In this document: piece after piece, positions 41,088-53,700 of the stretch
Position numbering within the stretch: position 1 is the first letter of the stretch
How the letters are laid out: each line of letters opens with the position of its first letter
DNA from: Paramecium tetraurelia
Taxonomy: Eukaryota
Assembly: GCA_000165425.1 (NCBI GenBank)
Contig: CT868518.1
Location: 248,001 to 311,667 of the forward strand
Reading direction: 5' to 3'
DNA: 63,667 nt
Notes under the pieces: generated by a model
What the model saw: only the letters and a program-made list of their open reading frames with translations
Databases searched by the model: none
What the model was told of the DNA's origin: nothing
Position numbers and translations under genes: made by a program

Positions 41088-44000
41088 ATGGGAATCCAAA
41101 GAATATCAAGTTCATAAATGCCTAAATCTTTACAATCTCCATCGGATCTAAAACCTCCAACTATTAATTCATCTCTTTTGAGTAATATAAATCCATTCTC
41201 TGATGTTGTAAAATGATATCTCATAGTTAGAGCATTCCTAGATAAAACGATCCATAAGGATCAAGTCATAAAAATATTGGAGATCCTCATGAAGTTAGAC
41301 TTGTCGATGAAACTGAAACTAAAAGAATGAGAAAGAGTAATTTTAATAGGTTTAAGAAGTTTGTATTCTCATAACCTAATTCAGATAAAGAAATATTAGA
41401 TAAAAAAATCATTTCTAAATTTATTAGTGTTCTCAAATAAAAGGCATATATTTATCATGACTGCTTTTTTAACTCATTATAAAAAGAAATTTTAACTGAA
41501 AAATATATGACATTGCCAAATAATACATTTACTAATAATGGAAACAAAAATCAAATAATATTGGATTTTTCATTTTATTTCATTTGGGATTTGCTCAATT
41601 TATTCTAAATCATAATTTTGTTATTTTGGATAATCTTTAAAATTGCATTTAATTCCACAAATCAATATTTAACACAAGTCATTTTCATATTATTTATTGT
41701 ACTTGATATATTTATTTGCTTAATATCCCCATACCTATAAAAAGGATACATGATTCTTAATAAAATCGATGTTATTCGTAATTCAATCCCTTGTACGATA
41801 ATTATAAATTTAATATATTCAGTTTCAACGACAATATTATTATTATAGGATAATAATGATGAAATTTTGCTCATTTTATATGCCTTTTAATTGATTTCAT
41901 CATTTGCTAAACTAAATAAAATTTAGAATAAATTATCAGATTTTACTTCCTTAAATTTTGAACTTCTTGTTAATATAGGTTAATTAGTGTTTTTACTACA
42001 TTTAAGTTCATGTATTTGGCATATTATAGGAATAAATGATGAAAATTCATGGATCTATAAAAATAATTTAGATGAATCAGATAAAATTACGAGATATTGT
42101 CATGCGTTCTTTTATTCGATATCTTTATTATTTAATGTAGGTTCAAGTAATATAATTATTACAACAAATACAGAATTGATTTTCTCGAGTGTTTTAATTT
42201 TTCTCTCTATTTGGATTTGCTGTCTAATATTGTTATAATTAAATTAATATTTAAAGCACTTTTATGAATAATAACTTGATATATTGTATTTTTTATTAAT
42301 GATTATTTTAGTAAGGAAATGGAAACTATAAATGCTTTCTTAAATAGAAGAAAAGTTCCATTCTTAATAAAATGTAAAGTTAGAAATTATATTAAGTACA
42401 TGTTTTAAAAATAAAAAAGAAATGATTATGAGGTATTTTATAAAATGGTAAACTTAGATAAGATTTAAAATATTCTATAATCATTAAGACCAGATCTAAA
42501 GGAAGAATTAATTTTATGAATGAGATCAAAAGCCTTGTCTTCTTGTAAACTACTATAAAAATTCTCAAAAGATTCACTTTACTAATTAACTAAATATATG
42601 GAACATATCCATTACAATCCAAATGAAATAATTTAATAGCAGGATTAATCGTTGTATTTGATTGATTCAGGAGAAATTGAAGTTTATGAATATGATAAAC
42701 CATTGTTAACATTAAAATAAGGAGACTATTTTGGAGAAATTCCCTTTTTTTCTGATATTTCAAGCAAAACAATTTTTAAGGCCTTAGAATTTACTCGACT
42801 ATATAAAATTAATTAATCTAATTTCTTACAAATTATCTCCTCAAATAAAGTGGATCATGAAAGATTTATCTATATCAAACATTCACTTATAAATGGAAAT
42901 TTTAACGTTATTAATATAAAATGTTACTCTTGCAATTCTTCTAATCATTTAATAAACAGTTGCCCTTTGTTGAACTATAAACCAGATATTGAAAAGATGA
43001 TTAAAAAAGATAATTTTCATTAATAGAATAGAACAAAATTTTTTCGGGATAAAAACGTAGATTAGAGAGATTTTAATAAGACTTTTAAAAGGATTTTCGT
43101 AAGAATTTCATTAAATTTAGATCAATTTTGATGCTTTAAAAATGTTTAGATTGAAATATGATCTTATTGATCAAGATGATTTCTATCCAAGAAGCAATGA
43201 AATAATTGAGACTGAAGATATTGAATCTGATACAGAATCAGCTGAATCTTATGAATAATATTAATCAGATTAAATACTCTCAGATAATAGGTTTATTGAT
43301 AAATAAGATGGGTATAGTTTTTTAATTATCATTTAGTACAATCGTTAGTATTATAAAGTAATAAGATTAATTGAGAGACAATTCTAAAATATTATTAGAA
43401 GTTGATGATAATATTGAAGAAATGTTTATAATTAGGCCAAATAATTAAAAAACAACAATTAGTACAGCCTAATTCTAATTTGAATAGTAATAACAATAAT
43501 AGTAATAATAGTAATAATAATAACAATAATCATAGTAATAATAGTAATAATAATAATAATAAGCAAATCAAGCATCATATAGATTTTCGTTAATGCCAAT
43601 AGATACAAAGGTTAGAAAACAATCATCTTCGCAATTAGAATAAGTATCATCTCAAAATATAGCTACTGAAGGATAGATTCCATCAGTAAAAGGATCAAAA
43701 CATAATTCCCAAATTGCTTTTAAAGGTGAATATAGTGATAAATTAAAATTTGGATCTTAAAATAAAATTGCAAGTTATATAAGTCTTGATAATAAGATAA
43801 AAAAAAACTTATCAAGAATAAAAGAAGAAGATTCTGATACATTAAATTTATCAAATCGCTATAATTCAGATGAATAACAAAGTTCATAAAACATGAGGTA
43901 TTTTTATAGATAAAGTCAAAATTCATTGCCTTCAAGAAATACCTATTTGAGGCCATCTATGAAAAGAATTTCATCTAAAATATCATCTATTAATTTTATA

Positions 44001-44342
44001 CCTGGAACAAGAACATATAATAAAACAAATACACCATTTACAAGATCTTTTGTAAACTTTCCTACCACAGGAATAGTGGATTTAAGTATGTACAAAAGAG
44101 AAGATTATAAATCTGAAGATTTTGAGATGATGTTTGTTTATACAATATATTTTCCTTTAGGAAATTATCCAAATATAATAAAGAGGTTGAATTATTATTT
44201 AAAATGCCAATTGTAAGAATTTGTTCAATCTAAATATACCTTTTAATATAAAGTAAAATAGTTAAGTTAGAAACACAGTTTATTGTAAATGAATCCAGAT
44301 TTGTTAAACGTTAAGAGTTAATCTAAAACAATATTTGAATGA
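41088..44342 (+). CDS. CNBD-family (EAG/CNG-like) K+-channel-like protein with a degenerate pore
   Basis: TM segments, LHLSSCIW, pore helix YCHAFFYSISLLFNVGSSNI, a C-linker, CNBD GDYFGE, the knuckle CYSCNSSNHLINSCP and a C-terminal DFE..YFP motif; several tiny introns. Confidence 0.85.
43485..43562 (+). repeat. (TAA/TAG/CAA)n trinucleotide tract encoding poly-Gln inside the channel gene
   Basis: About 26 codons of tag/taa/caa interrupted by one tca, in frame with the channel C-terminus. Confidence 0.85.
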
Positions 44343-44384
44343 TTAGAAATATTTTTTTATAAATAACACAAAATTACTTAGGTA

Positions 44385-44967
44385 TCATGGTTTTTGTCTT
44401 TCTATTAATAATTCATTGTATAATTTATTAATTTCAATATATTTATTCTTCCATTTGATGGCTTCTATTTTGTTTTATGATGACTCTCTCTATAGTTTTA
44501 TGATGACTTTTTGTAATTCAATAATTTAATCTTTCAAATTATCTTCTTTATCATCAAGTCTTCTCTCTGAATCCAATGCTGTACTAATAGTGTTATTTTC
44601 TTAAGTTCTACTCATTTGATTCATTAAATCTAATTTATCACATTGATATAAGTTTGATTTTAACTTTCTAATTTCCTCCTTGTAACCTTAGGCTTCAGAA
44701 GCCAAATCTTCCTATCATAGTGTATTAGCATACATATTCTTTTTCTAAATATGAAGCCTTTTGTTAACTATAACATAATTCCTCCTCTAATTGTTATATT
44801 TTTTTCATCCATTTTTATTCATACTATTTTAAATCAACAACTTAAGCCTATTATGGTACAATCGAGATTGGAACTTAAGCATAATGCCTTGGAGATTGAT
44901 TTAAATTACAATTGTTGTGACTAACAAACTATCTTGGGGATAAAGGCAATTAATAATAATTTTACAT
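44385..44967 (-). CDS. Coiled-coil hypothetical protein
   Basis: ATG 44967, one 22-nt intron, TGA 44385; KWMKKIQQLEEE and KWKNKYIEINK segments. Confidence 0.7.
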
Positions 44968-45168
44968 CTAATTTATATTATTATACATTTATAATCTAAT
45001 GCTTGTTTCAAATATGGGATTATTTATTTCTTTACAATCTCTGAGACTTCCAATTATTTAATTATTATAGTTAGAAGTGTTTTGTCATTCAAATAATTAA
45101 ATACTAGATATCAAATCATCGAAATCTATATTAAATTAATTTGCTATAAAATTCTAAATCTATCCAAA

Positions 45169-46115
45169 ATGTCAGATATCATGATAGAGAATCAAGATGA
45201 TATTGTCAAATAAAATATCATAGCTGAAGGACATGACTTTGAAAATTCATCTGAGCAAAGATTACCAACTTTGATGAATCAAAGTTCTATACCTTCTCCA
45301 GTTCTTATCTCTGAATACAATCCTACAAATACTGACTTATTTTTAAATACTCCAGTACCAAAAGGAATCACTTTAGAATGTGATGTGAAAATTATAAAAG
45401 GATGGTTTGGTCTCCACACATTATATAATTTCTATCATTCCAAGACAAAACAACTCCTACTATAAGTGAGAAAATAATAATGTCCAGGGAGTCACAAGTT
45501 TTAGTTGAGTAAATCAGAAACTGAGCTCGATCTTGTAGGAACTTTAGAGTAATTTTTAATATTAAAATTTAGGTCTAATTTTATTGGTACAGAATTCATT
45601 TTATACTCTAAAGGGCTTTCACACAAGAATACAAATGATTTATAGACTTTAAGATAAGAATTAGCATTCATCCAATATGAATATCAAATCTTAAAAACTA
45701 GAAGTAATCTACTTTATCTATTTAAGGAAATCTCTTTAAAGTATTCATTCCTTCTTTAATAGAAGGTCAACCTTACAGAGTTGTTCCTCAAGATGAGAAT
45801 ACAGGATTAAAAATAAAAAGGAGATTTAAAAATAAAAGAAATGATGAATATTTTGAATTTCAAACTTAAGAACCTGTTTGGAGTTCAAAACTTTAATCAT
45901 TTATACTACCATTTAACTCTAGAGTAAATAGTGCATCTATTCATAATTTTTTGCTTAATTAATTGAAGGAGGATGACAGATTAAGCAAAGATATCGCAAT
46001 ATAGTTTGGAAAGTGTGATAACAAATTATTAAACATTGATATCGCTTATCCTTTCACTCCTTTATAAGCATTCTCAATTATTATTAGCTAATTGGATAAT
46101 AAATTATTAGTCTGA
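45169..46115 (+). CDS. Tubby-like protein (Tub C-terminal domain)
   Basis: Motifs SNFIGTEFILY, QELAFIQYE, EPVWSSKLQSFILPFNSRVNSASIHNF, QFGK and DIAYPFTPLQAF; 2 introns. Confidence 0.92.
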
Positions 46116-46294
46116 ACTCCTATAATCAATGTTTATTTATATTAATAATAAAATATTATGATACTTTGAATTAGATAATTGATCCATTTTTTTATTATAT
46201 ATTGTACCTAATATCATTGATCGAAATGATTTATAAATATATATTTAATATTAGAGCAAATTTAGATTCAGATTTAATTACATATTCATCATAA

Positions 46295-47558
46295 ATGGAA
46301 AATAAATACAAAAAGTAAGTAATTCATTCATTTTCGGATCAAAACAAAAAGAAGGGTGGCAAAAAGAATGATTAATATTGTTTTGGATAACTAAAGTAAA
46401 TTAACTAGTTTATATTAAGGATTAGGTGAAGTACAAGAAAAATGAAAATTTAGGTTAATTAAATCAAAATTTGAATTGTACAAAATAAATAGGAAATATT
46501 TCACTCAAAACATATTTTGGTAATCCAGAATTGAAATATTTTGTATTCAATTCGATTTTTAGGATCAACTAATAGCAGCAGGTATTAGAATTTTTATATT
46601 CAGGTTGCTCCGATGGGACAGTGAAATTATTTAATATAACCACAAGTGAAGTTTGTTTCTAAATTTTTTAGGGAAATTAACGTTTAATTTATAAGGATTA
46701 TCAGAAGGATCAACCTCAACAACTAGTATTAGATGGAGGAAAGATTGGGCAAATAAAGTTAAAGTGTCGTTATAAATGTGAATTCTGATGGATCAATAAT
46801 GTTTTGGCATGCTTAGAAAGGAAAATAATTGCATAGACTAGTATAAAAGAATAATTCAATATTATGTATGGATTTAAGATTAGATGGCGAAGTATTTGCT
46901 ACTTCTGGTAAAGATTGTAAAGTAATTTTATCTAAAATTTATTTAGATCCGAATTTATGAAGGGGAAAAAAGGAATTAATTCATACATTTGCTTCAGCCG
47001 ATTAGTAAAAAGTATCCATTATACTTAGTAATTAAATTGGTCATTTGAACCAAGTGTTTGCTTTGAAGTTTTTAGAGGAATTTCCAACTATTCTTCTTTC
47101 TTGTGGTTGGGATGGTAATCTCGTGATTTGGGATCTTAGGGACAAAAGAATTGTTGGATCTATATAAGGTCCACATGTATCGGGAGATAGCATAGATTTT
47201 AGGTACAAGTCAATATGGCTCTTACAGAACAAATAATTAATTACAACTCTGGGATTTTGGTAAAAGATCATTAATAACAAATATCAAATGGGATAATGCA
47301 GATTCTGAAAACTCTTACACATACTCTTGTTAATTTAGTAAGATAAACGGAGATACCATATTGGCAGGTAGTTGTGGGAGGCAAGAAGTAAAGTTGTTTG
47401 ACTTAAATGATAATTATGAAGTTTGAGGATGGATTCGAGAGTAATAAGAAGGTATATATTAATCAATTGTTATAGGGATATATTGTGTTGATTATGGAAA
47501 CAAATCAAACAAATTTGCATTTGGAGGTGGCGAAGGAGTAGTCAAATTTGTTAATTGA
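46295..47558 (+). pseudogene. WD40-repeat pseudogene
   Basis: WD motifs (GHLNQVFALKF..GWDGNLVIWD, QLQLWD) are broken by frameshifts near 46760, 46970 and 47210, an in-frame TGA at 47424-47426 and a first intron lacking its AG. Confidence 0.8.
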
Positions 47559-47611
47559 ATACATATAAATGAGTAAAATTAATATTATTTTTGATATTAA
47601 ATATCTAAGTT

Positions 47612-49087
47612 ATGGACCCGTAAAACCTAATAGATAATTTAAATGAAGTGCTTCTAGGAGATTATTTCACCTACATTGATACTTTGGGCAAGGGAAGCTT
47701 TGGTATTGTCGTTGCAGCCTATAGTTCATCATTGGATAAAGTAGTAGCCATTAAAGTATACCCTAAATTAATATAGATAACCTAATACTTTGAACAAGAA
47801 AATGAGTCATCCTTACTACAAGAGTGCCCTCATCCAAATATAGTTAAATTATATAAAGTAGACTATCCATATATTATTAAAGGTCTTGATTGCACATAAT
47901 CGAGTCTATTTAATCATGGAAAAATTGGTAGGAACTACATTAGATGTATTAATGAAAAGTTAAGTTCTTCCAGAAACCTTAACAAGAAACATTATGTTGT
48001 AAATCTTGAATGCACTTGTATTTCTCCACAGGAAAGGAATCATCCATAGAGATCTTAAGCCAGGTTGATAATAACCTCTAATTTAGAAAACATATTCATA
48101 TGTGATAACAATTATGTAAAATTAATCGATCTTGGATTGGGTTACTAGATGTTGTCAAGAGGGTTTATCGGTTAATAGGTTGGTACTCCTTATTACATTG
48201 CTCCAGAAATCATTAATTAGTAAGAATAGTCTTAAGTATTAATTTGAACCTAAAATAGTTAGTCGATATCTTTTCTTTGGGAATTATATTCCATCAAATG
48301 ATCAACAATTGTCAACATCCACTATGGCAGTAAGGATACACCAAGAAAGACTATTATAAGGTCATTTCATCAGAGTTCCTAATTTAATACCCTCCTCAAA
48401 TGTCTAAGTAAGAGATCATATAATATATTTAGGATGGCTAAAGATTTTGTGGAAAACACCGTAACATTCCAATCAATCAATAGGATGACAGCTTAACAAT
48501 GTCTAGAACATCCTTGGGTCTTAGGGGAATAAATAAAGTCTCACCCAATTACTAATAGAGAAATTAAATTAAGATATTAATTTACTAAAAATTTCAATAT
48601 AGTAAATTAAAAAATAGTAATTTAGATTGTTAAAGCTTTATGGATTCTTAAAATTTTTAAAGAGTAATGTTCTGAAGAAATCTTCTATATGAAAACTCAA
48701 GCATCAGATGAAATTAATGAGGTTGAAGATGAATTACAAGATCCATTATCAAGTAGAGTTCAAACTGAAAAGTTAATTACAACCGGGAATGGCAGACAAT
48801 ATCGTCTGCATCGTAATACTACAAAGGTTGAAAGGAAACCTTCAATTAAGTTAATCAAAACTTCATCCCATTAAGATTTAACATAACTAAAATATAAATT
48901 TTAAACTTCTAAAAAGTCATTTAGTATATATTCAAAATATAAGTTAGATAATGGACACCTTAAGCATAGATTGAGTGATAATTTAGTAATCCTAAAGACA
49001 AATAGTTCACAGAAAATTTCATCCCCAAATATATTGCCTATGATATCTCCTAGTAAACATAAAACGTCAAGTTTTAATTTCAGGTGA
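47612..49087 (+). CDS. Ser/Thr protein kinase (CAMK-like)
   Basis: Motifs LGKGSFG, VAIK, HPNIVKL, HRDLKPEN, DLG, GTPYYIAPE, DIFSLG and RMTAQQCLEHPW; multiple tiny introns. Confidence 0.93.
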
Positions 49088-49132
49088 TAATGATTTTAAT
49101 AAAATTTATATTTAATTAATATACATTTCTTA

Positions 49133-50179
49133 ATGGCAAATAATTTCAAAATTCCAGGTATGCTCTTGGGAAATGACAGAAACCAGTATAATAAGTACAC
49201 CAAATATATTATTGACACTGATGCCGGAGGGGATGATGCTCATGCTATTATGATGGCATCCTACATTCTTAAACATATAAGAAAGGATGCTGAATTATTG
49301 GGGATAACTTGTGTGTCTGGGAATGCTAGTTTATACAACGTAATTAAAAATGTACACATAACATCCCGATATTGTCACTTTGATTAAGTTCCAGCAATTT
49401 ACAAAGGATGCGAGTTTGATAGTATGAGAACATTTCACAGGGACTTCTTTTTTAAAGAGGATGGATTTGGGGGAGTACAAAAATAGTATCTAAAAGAACT
49501 GAATGTTGATGAAAATCAATAATTGTAAGAAAATAAACATGCTGTTGATTTTATCAAAGAAAGTATTGAAAAATATTAAGAATAATTATGTATCATATGT
49601 ATAGGTCCTTTGACAAACATATATCTAACATTACTTTAACATCCTTAAATAGTGAATTAATTAGGTTGTTTATTTTGTATGTGTGGGACATATATGGGAG
49701 TTGGAAATTAATAGAATGGAATAGCTGAATTTAATATTGCTACTGATGTTTTAGCAACAAAAATTGTTTTGTAAGCTGATTTTAAGAATAAAATAATATT
49801 ACCTTTTGATACTGTATTATCTTATTCTTTGGATAAAGATGTGGGAAGTAAAATATTTAATGTACAACACAATAAAATAGCTAAATTGGTTCATGATATC
49901 TATGAAAACGTATTATTTGAAACTTGTTATTATTTATGTGACGGTATCTATTATTTATTCATTATAGAATTGGCAATAGTTATGGCTATGATGCCAGAAA
50001 CTATAACTCAAACATTGATAAGAGGAATTCATATAGTTGAGGATGGGTTTGCTAGAGGAGGAATGATAGTGGATTGGATAAAAAAAATGAAAAAGGAGGA
50101 CATATCTGAAGTCTCAATTGTTACTTAATTCAATTGGGATCAAATGATTGAATTGGCTTTAAAAACTAATCAAGAATGA
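49133..50179 (+). CDS. Inosine-uridine-preferring nucleoside hydrolase family protein
   Basis: Motifs IIDTDAGGDDAHAI, GITCVSGN, EDGFG, IGPLTNI and AEFNI; intron at 49944-49967. Confidence 0.93.
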
Positions 50180-50216
50180 ATAATATTTTCATTTAATAGA
50201 ATGAATGCAATCAATA

Positions 50217-52376
50217 TCATAATTTCTCATTTAGAAACATAAGGATCTTCAGGAAGGTATCATATCCAGTATTGATACTATCTGCCAATGCATGGTCAGC
50301 ATTCGGATACACATAGGTTTAAATTTCTGTGCCAACTTCTAATGCCTGTGCTCTCATCGCTAACGATTATTGATAAGGACATCTTCTATCTTTGGAGCCA
50401 ATTAATAATAATGAAGGAACTCTCAGCGGTTATAACATTGGTGATCTTTCAATCAAGGTTTTATAATCTTCAACACTAAGATTCCAAGTGTGCTTTCTAT
50501 TTAATGCGCAAGATGAACCCCACTCTGGAATATCTGTAATATTAATCATAAATGGTAAATTCACAACAGGATTTAAAATCACAGCAGCATTAAATTTATC
50601 ATAATGCTTCGATCCCATTAAAGCACTTAAATAACCACCATAAGATCCTCCCATTATAAACGTTTTGCTCGTCTTATATTTCTTTTAAACTTAATCAATC
50701 ATGTCCAATATTTCTTGTACATCTTATACTCCAATCTTACCACTCAAAGCTTCAATGAAATTCTACCCATAACTACATGATCCACTAAAATTGGGAGCTA
50801 ATAAAATAAACCCTTATTATAACAACATATGTCTTAGTTATGTGTATTAACTTTACATTGTTCCGTGTGGTCCGCCATGTGCTAAAACTATTAATGGCCT
50901 TTCTTTAAAGTATTTTGGTAATCCAAATTTCTCATCTTCTTCTTATAAGTACCAAACAAACCCTTCTGCCTCTCCACTATCGACAAACTCTTCAATAAAA
51001 TTATTTGATATCTTCAAATTAAAATGTTCTAAATTTCGTATATACCTTCTCTATTTATCCATGACATTAATAATAGCAGTTAAAATTGGCGATTGATTAA
51101 CGTTTTCGTCAGTATAATATAAGATATCATTAACTTAGTCATAATTAATAATTTCGCAATTATGTGTTGCTTCCTATTCTACTGAATGACTTAAAAGTTC
51201 TATTTATTTTGTATTAATATCAATACAAAATATCTTTTATTATCCCAAGACGATTGAAGAATACACAAAATGAGTTGAATCCTTATTCCAAAAGTTTAAA
51301 GATAAATCATCATAAAAACCACAAATTCCTCCAATAATTGTATCTCTATTAACTTTATTCTCCCTCACTTTTCTTAAGTCATTTTCCTTCTATATTCCAA
51401 TTAATTCTTCTACGAACTTATTTTCCAAATTTATCATATTCAAACTCAAATAACATAGATGTTAGTGTTTGTAATCTGACCCTAAATATAATAACTTTTT
51501 GAAATCAGGACTTATAAGTGGTTTCACAGAAATTTCATGTTTTGATAATAGTTGTAATTATTATTCCTCTAAATTCTCTCCTTTATCAGGTAATTCTATT
51601 AATTTTGGCTTCTCAATAAGGTATATCCCACTCTCTCTGTTAAAACAATGAACTATTCCATATTTGAATTCTTTATGAATTTAATAGCCACCTAAAATTA
51701 TTTCATCATTCTCTGTAAATTATGGAAAAGTTAAAAATAAATTGCTTGGAGTTTAGACTTTAAACAGTTTTTGCTATTCAATATCTAACATAAATAAAAA
51801 GAATATCTCAACATTATCCATTCTTTCACCCCAACTTTATTCATATTTCCTGTAGTTCCATGCTTGCTATATTTCCTCGTCTTTTTCTACCTAAAAGAAA
51901 GTCTTGGTCTCTTTACTCTTGCCTTTTGCTAAATACAAAACTTTATTGTTTTATTTATTCCATTTAAATGGCTCTCCGACCATTTCATTATTTAATATCT
52001 CCTCATGAAATTTTTAAGTGTTTATGCTGAACAATAGTTTGCCTTATTAATGTATTTCAATAACCTATCTTGGCTTCTCAGATTCATCAGAGATTTGCTA
52101 TTATTTTATAAATCTCTCCCTATCATTGCTATAAGATGTAAAGAGATTTTGTTAAACAACGCTACCTCTTTAAAGTAAATGAAACCCGTCTTCTTTTAAT
52201 TAATACAAATTTTAGTAATCAAGAGAGGAGTTTTCTACAATATTTTTTTTTGATATTATCATTGACACTAAAAATTCATTATTTTGAATCTTAGCAACTG
52301 TATTTACTTTCTTTATCGTCTATAATTAGGATGCAATAATTTTTGTGATATCTATATATCCTTTTAATGAATTCAT
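50217..52376 (-). CDS. Acylaminoacyl peptidase (S9 prolyl oligopeptidase family), 719 aa
   Basis: Motifs AHGGPH, PNFSGSCSYG, GGSYGG (nucleophile), GAKDRRCP (Asp) and YPNADHAL (His); intronless frame. Confidence 0.93.
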
Positions 52377-52956
52377 TTAATATTTTAATTTAGAGATTAA
52401 TCTTTTACACATATAGAATTTCAAATTAGCAACTCAAACTATTCACAATAATTATAAAAACACATTTTTAAAGAAGAATTGATAATAATCTCAAATTGAG
52501 AAATATAAAATTGTAAATTTTAACTAACTCACATTTAACATAAATTTGTATACAATTGTTGGTAAAATTGATTTAATTTAAAGTTAGATAAAATTAAGTT
52601 TGAAATTTTTCAATCTTTTGATGATTTGATTACAAAAATAATTTCATGCAATTTTTAATGAAAATATCTAAATTATTTATACTTATAATTTATTTTAGAA
52701 ATCCCAACTCTAATTTCCTTTTATATCTTTAAATATTTATCCTGAAAATGCTTCATTTACTTTATTGTAGACAAGATTTCACTAAAAATTATAAAAAAAT
52801 ATAGTTTTCTGTTTCAAATTATAACATTTAATTTATATAGAAAATATAACAGAATGGTTATTTCATAGGTTCTACAAATAAATAGATATCATTATTTTAC
52901 CATAAACATAAACTAAATGAATTAAAAACAATAACAATTAGTTAGTTTAAAGATCG

Positions 52957-53106
52957 NNNNNNNNNNNNNNNNNNNNNNNNNNNNNNNNNNNNNNNNNNNN
53001 NNNNNNNNNNNNNNNNNNNNNNNNNNNNNNNNNNNNNNNNNNNNNNNNNNNNNNNNNNNNNNNNNNNNNNNNNNNNNNNNNNNNNNNNNNNNNNNNNNNN
53101 NNNNNN
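52957..53106. other. Assembly gap (N run)
   Basis: Run of n. Confidence 1.
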
Positions 53107-53129
53107 TATAGAAAATATAACAGAATGGC

Positions 53130-53700
53130 CATCTCACATTTACTACAATATCAAGAAAGTTGCTTAATCAAAAACTACATATCTGATTCGGAATTTTGTT
53201 TATCAGAGATGAAAAAGGAAAAATATCGACAGAACTTTCAGAATTATAAACAATTATATTAAAAAAAGAAATTTATATTCACAAATACCAAAAACTCATA
53301 AATGTGATATTCTAATCTTACTTCTATATCGATTTAAAATTCATATGTTTAACGATTATTTTCTCTTTAGAAAATTAAAGAATTTAAAGTGATAAAAATG
53401 TTCTCCTCAATTAAAGGTTTATACTTCAATACAAAAGCTTGTTTATTAGTTCAGTATTTGTTAGCTTTTACATAGTGAGTTATTCAGTTTACTCCATCAT
53501 TCTAGATTATAAAATGATTATTGTTTTCTTTTAGACAATGCTGCAATTCAAAAACTATGAAAATCTAAAACAATTATTAAACATTTGTAAACATATATTT
53601 TTACCACCTTCAGTCCATAATTAAATTGCCAAGTATAAGTATTCTAAAATAAGAACAATGAACTATCTCTCGAATTTAAAGATTTTAAGAGCTTGGTGGA
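53130..53700 (+). mobile_element. Decayed IS630/Tc1-mariner DDE transposase remnant
   Basis: FLLDNAAIQK at about 53525-53554 and FLPP(Y)SPQLNC at about 53598-53629 (1-nt indel) match the second-Asp and PPYSP motifs. Boundaries are approximate. Confidence 0.6.

Noticed and set aside
43485..43562. TAA-rich tandem array as a CRISPR, terminator or telomere signal
   Set aside because: It is an in-frame poly-Gln tract with no repeat-spacer structure, and it is not a G4T2/G3T3 telomeric repeat.
47424..47426. In-frame TGA as selenocysteine or readthrough
   Set aside because: The same gene has several frameshifts, so pseudogenisation explains it.
48127..48140. DLG instead of DFG in the kinase
   Set aside because: A common functional variant; the other catalytic motifs are intact.
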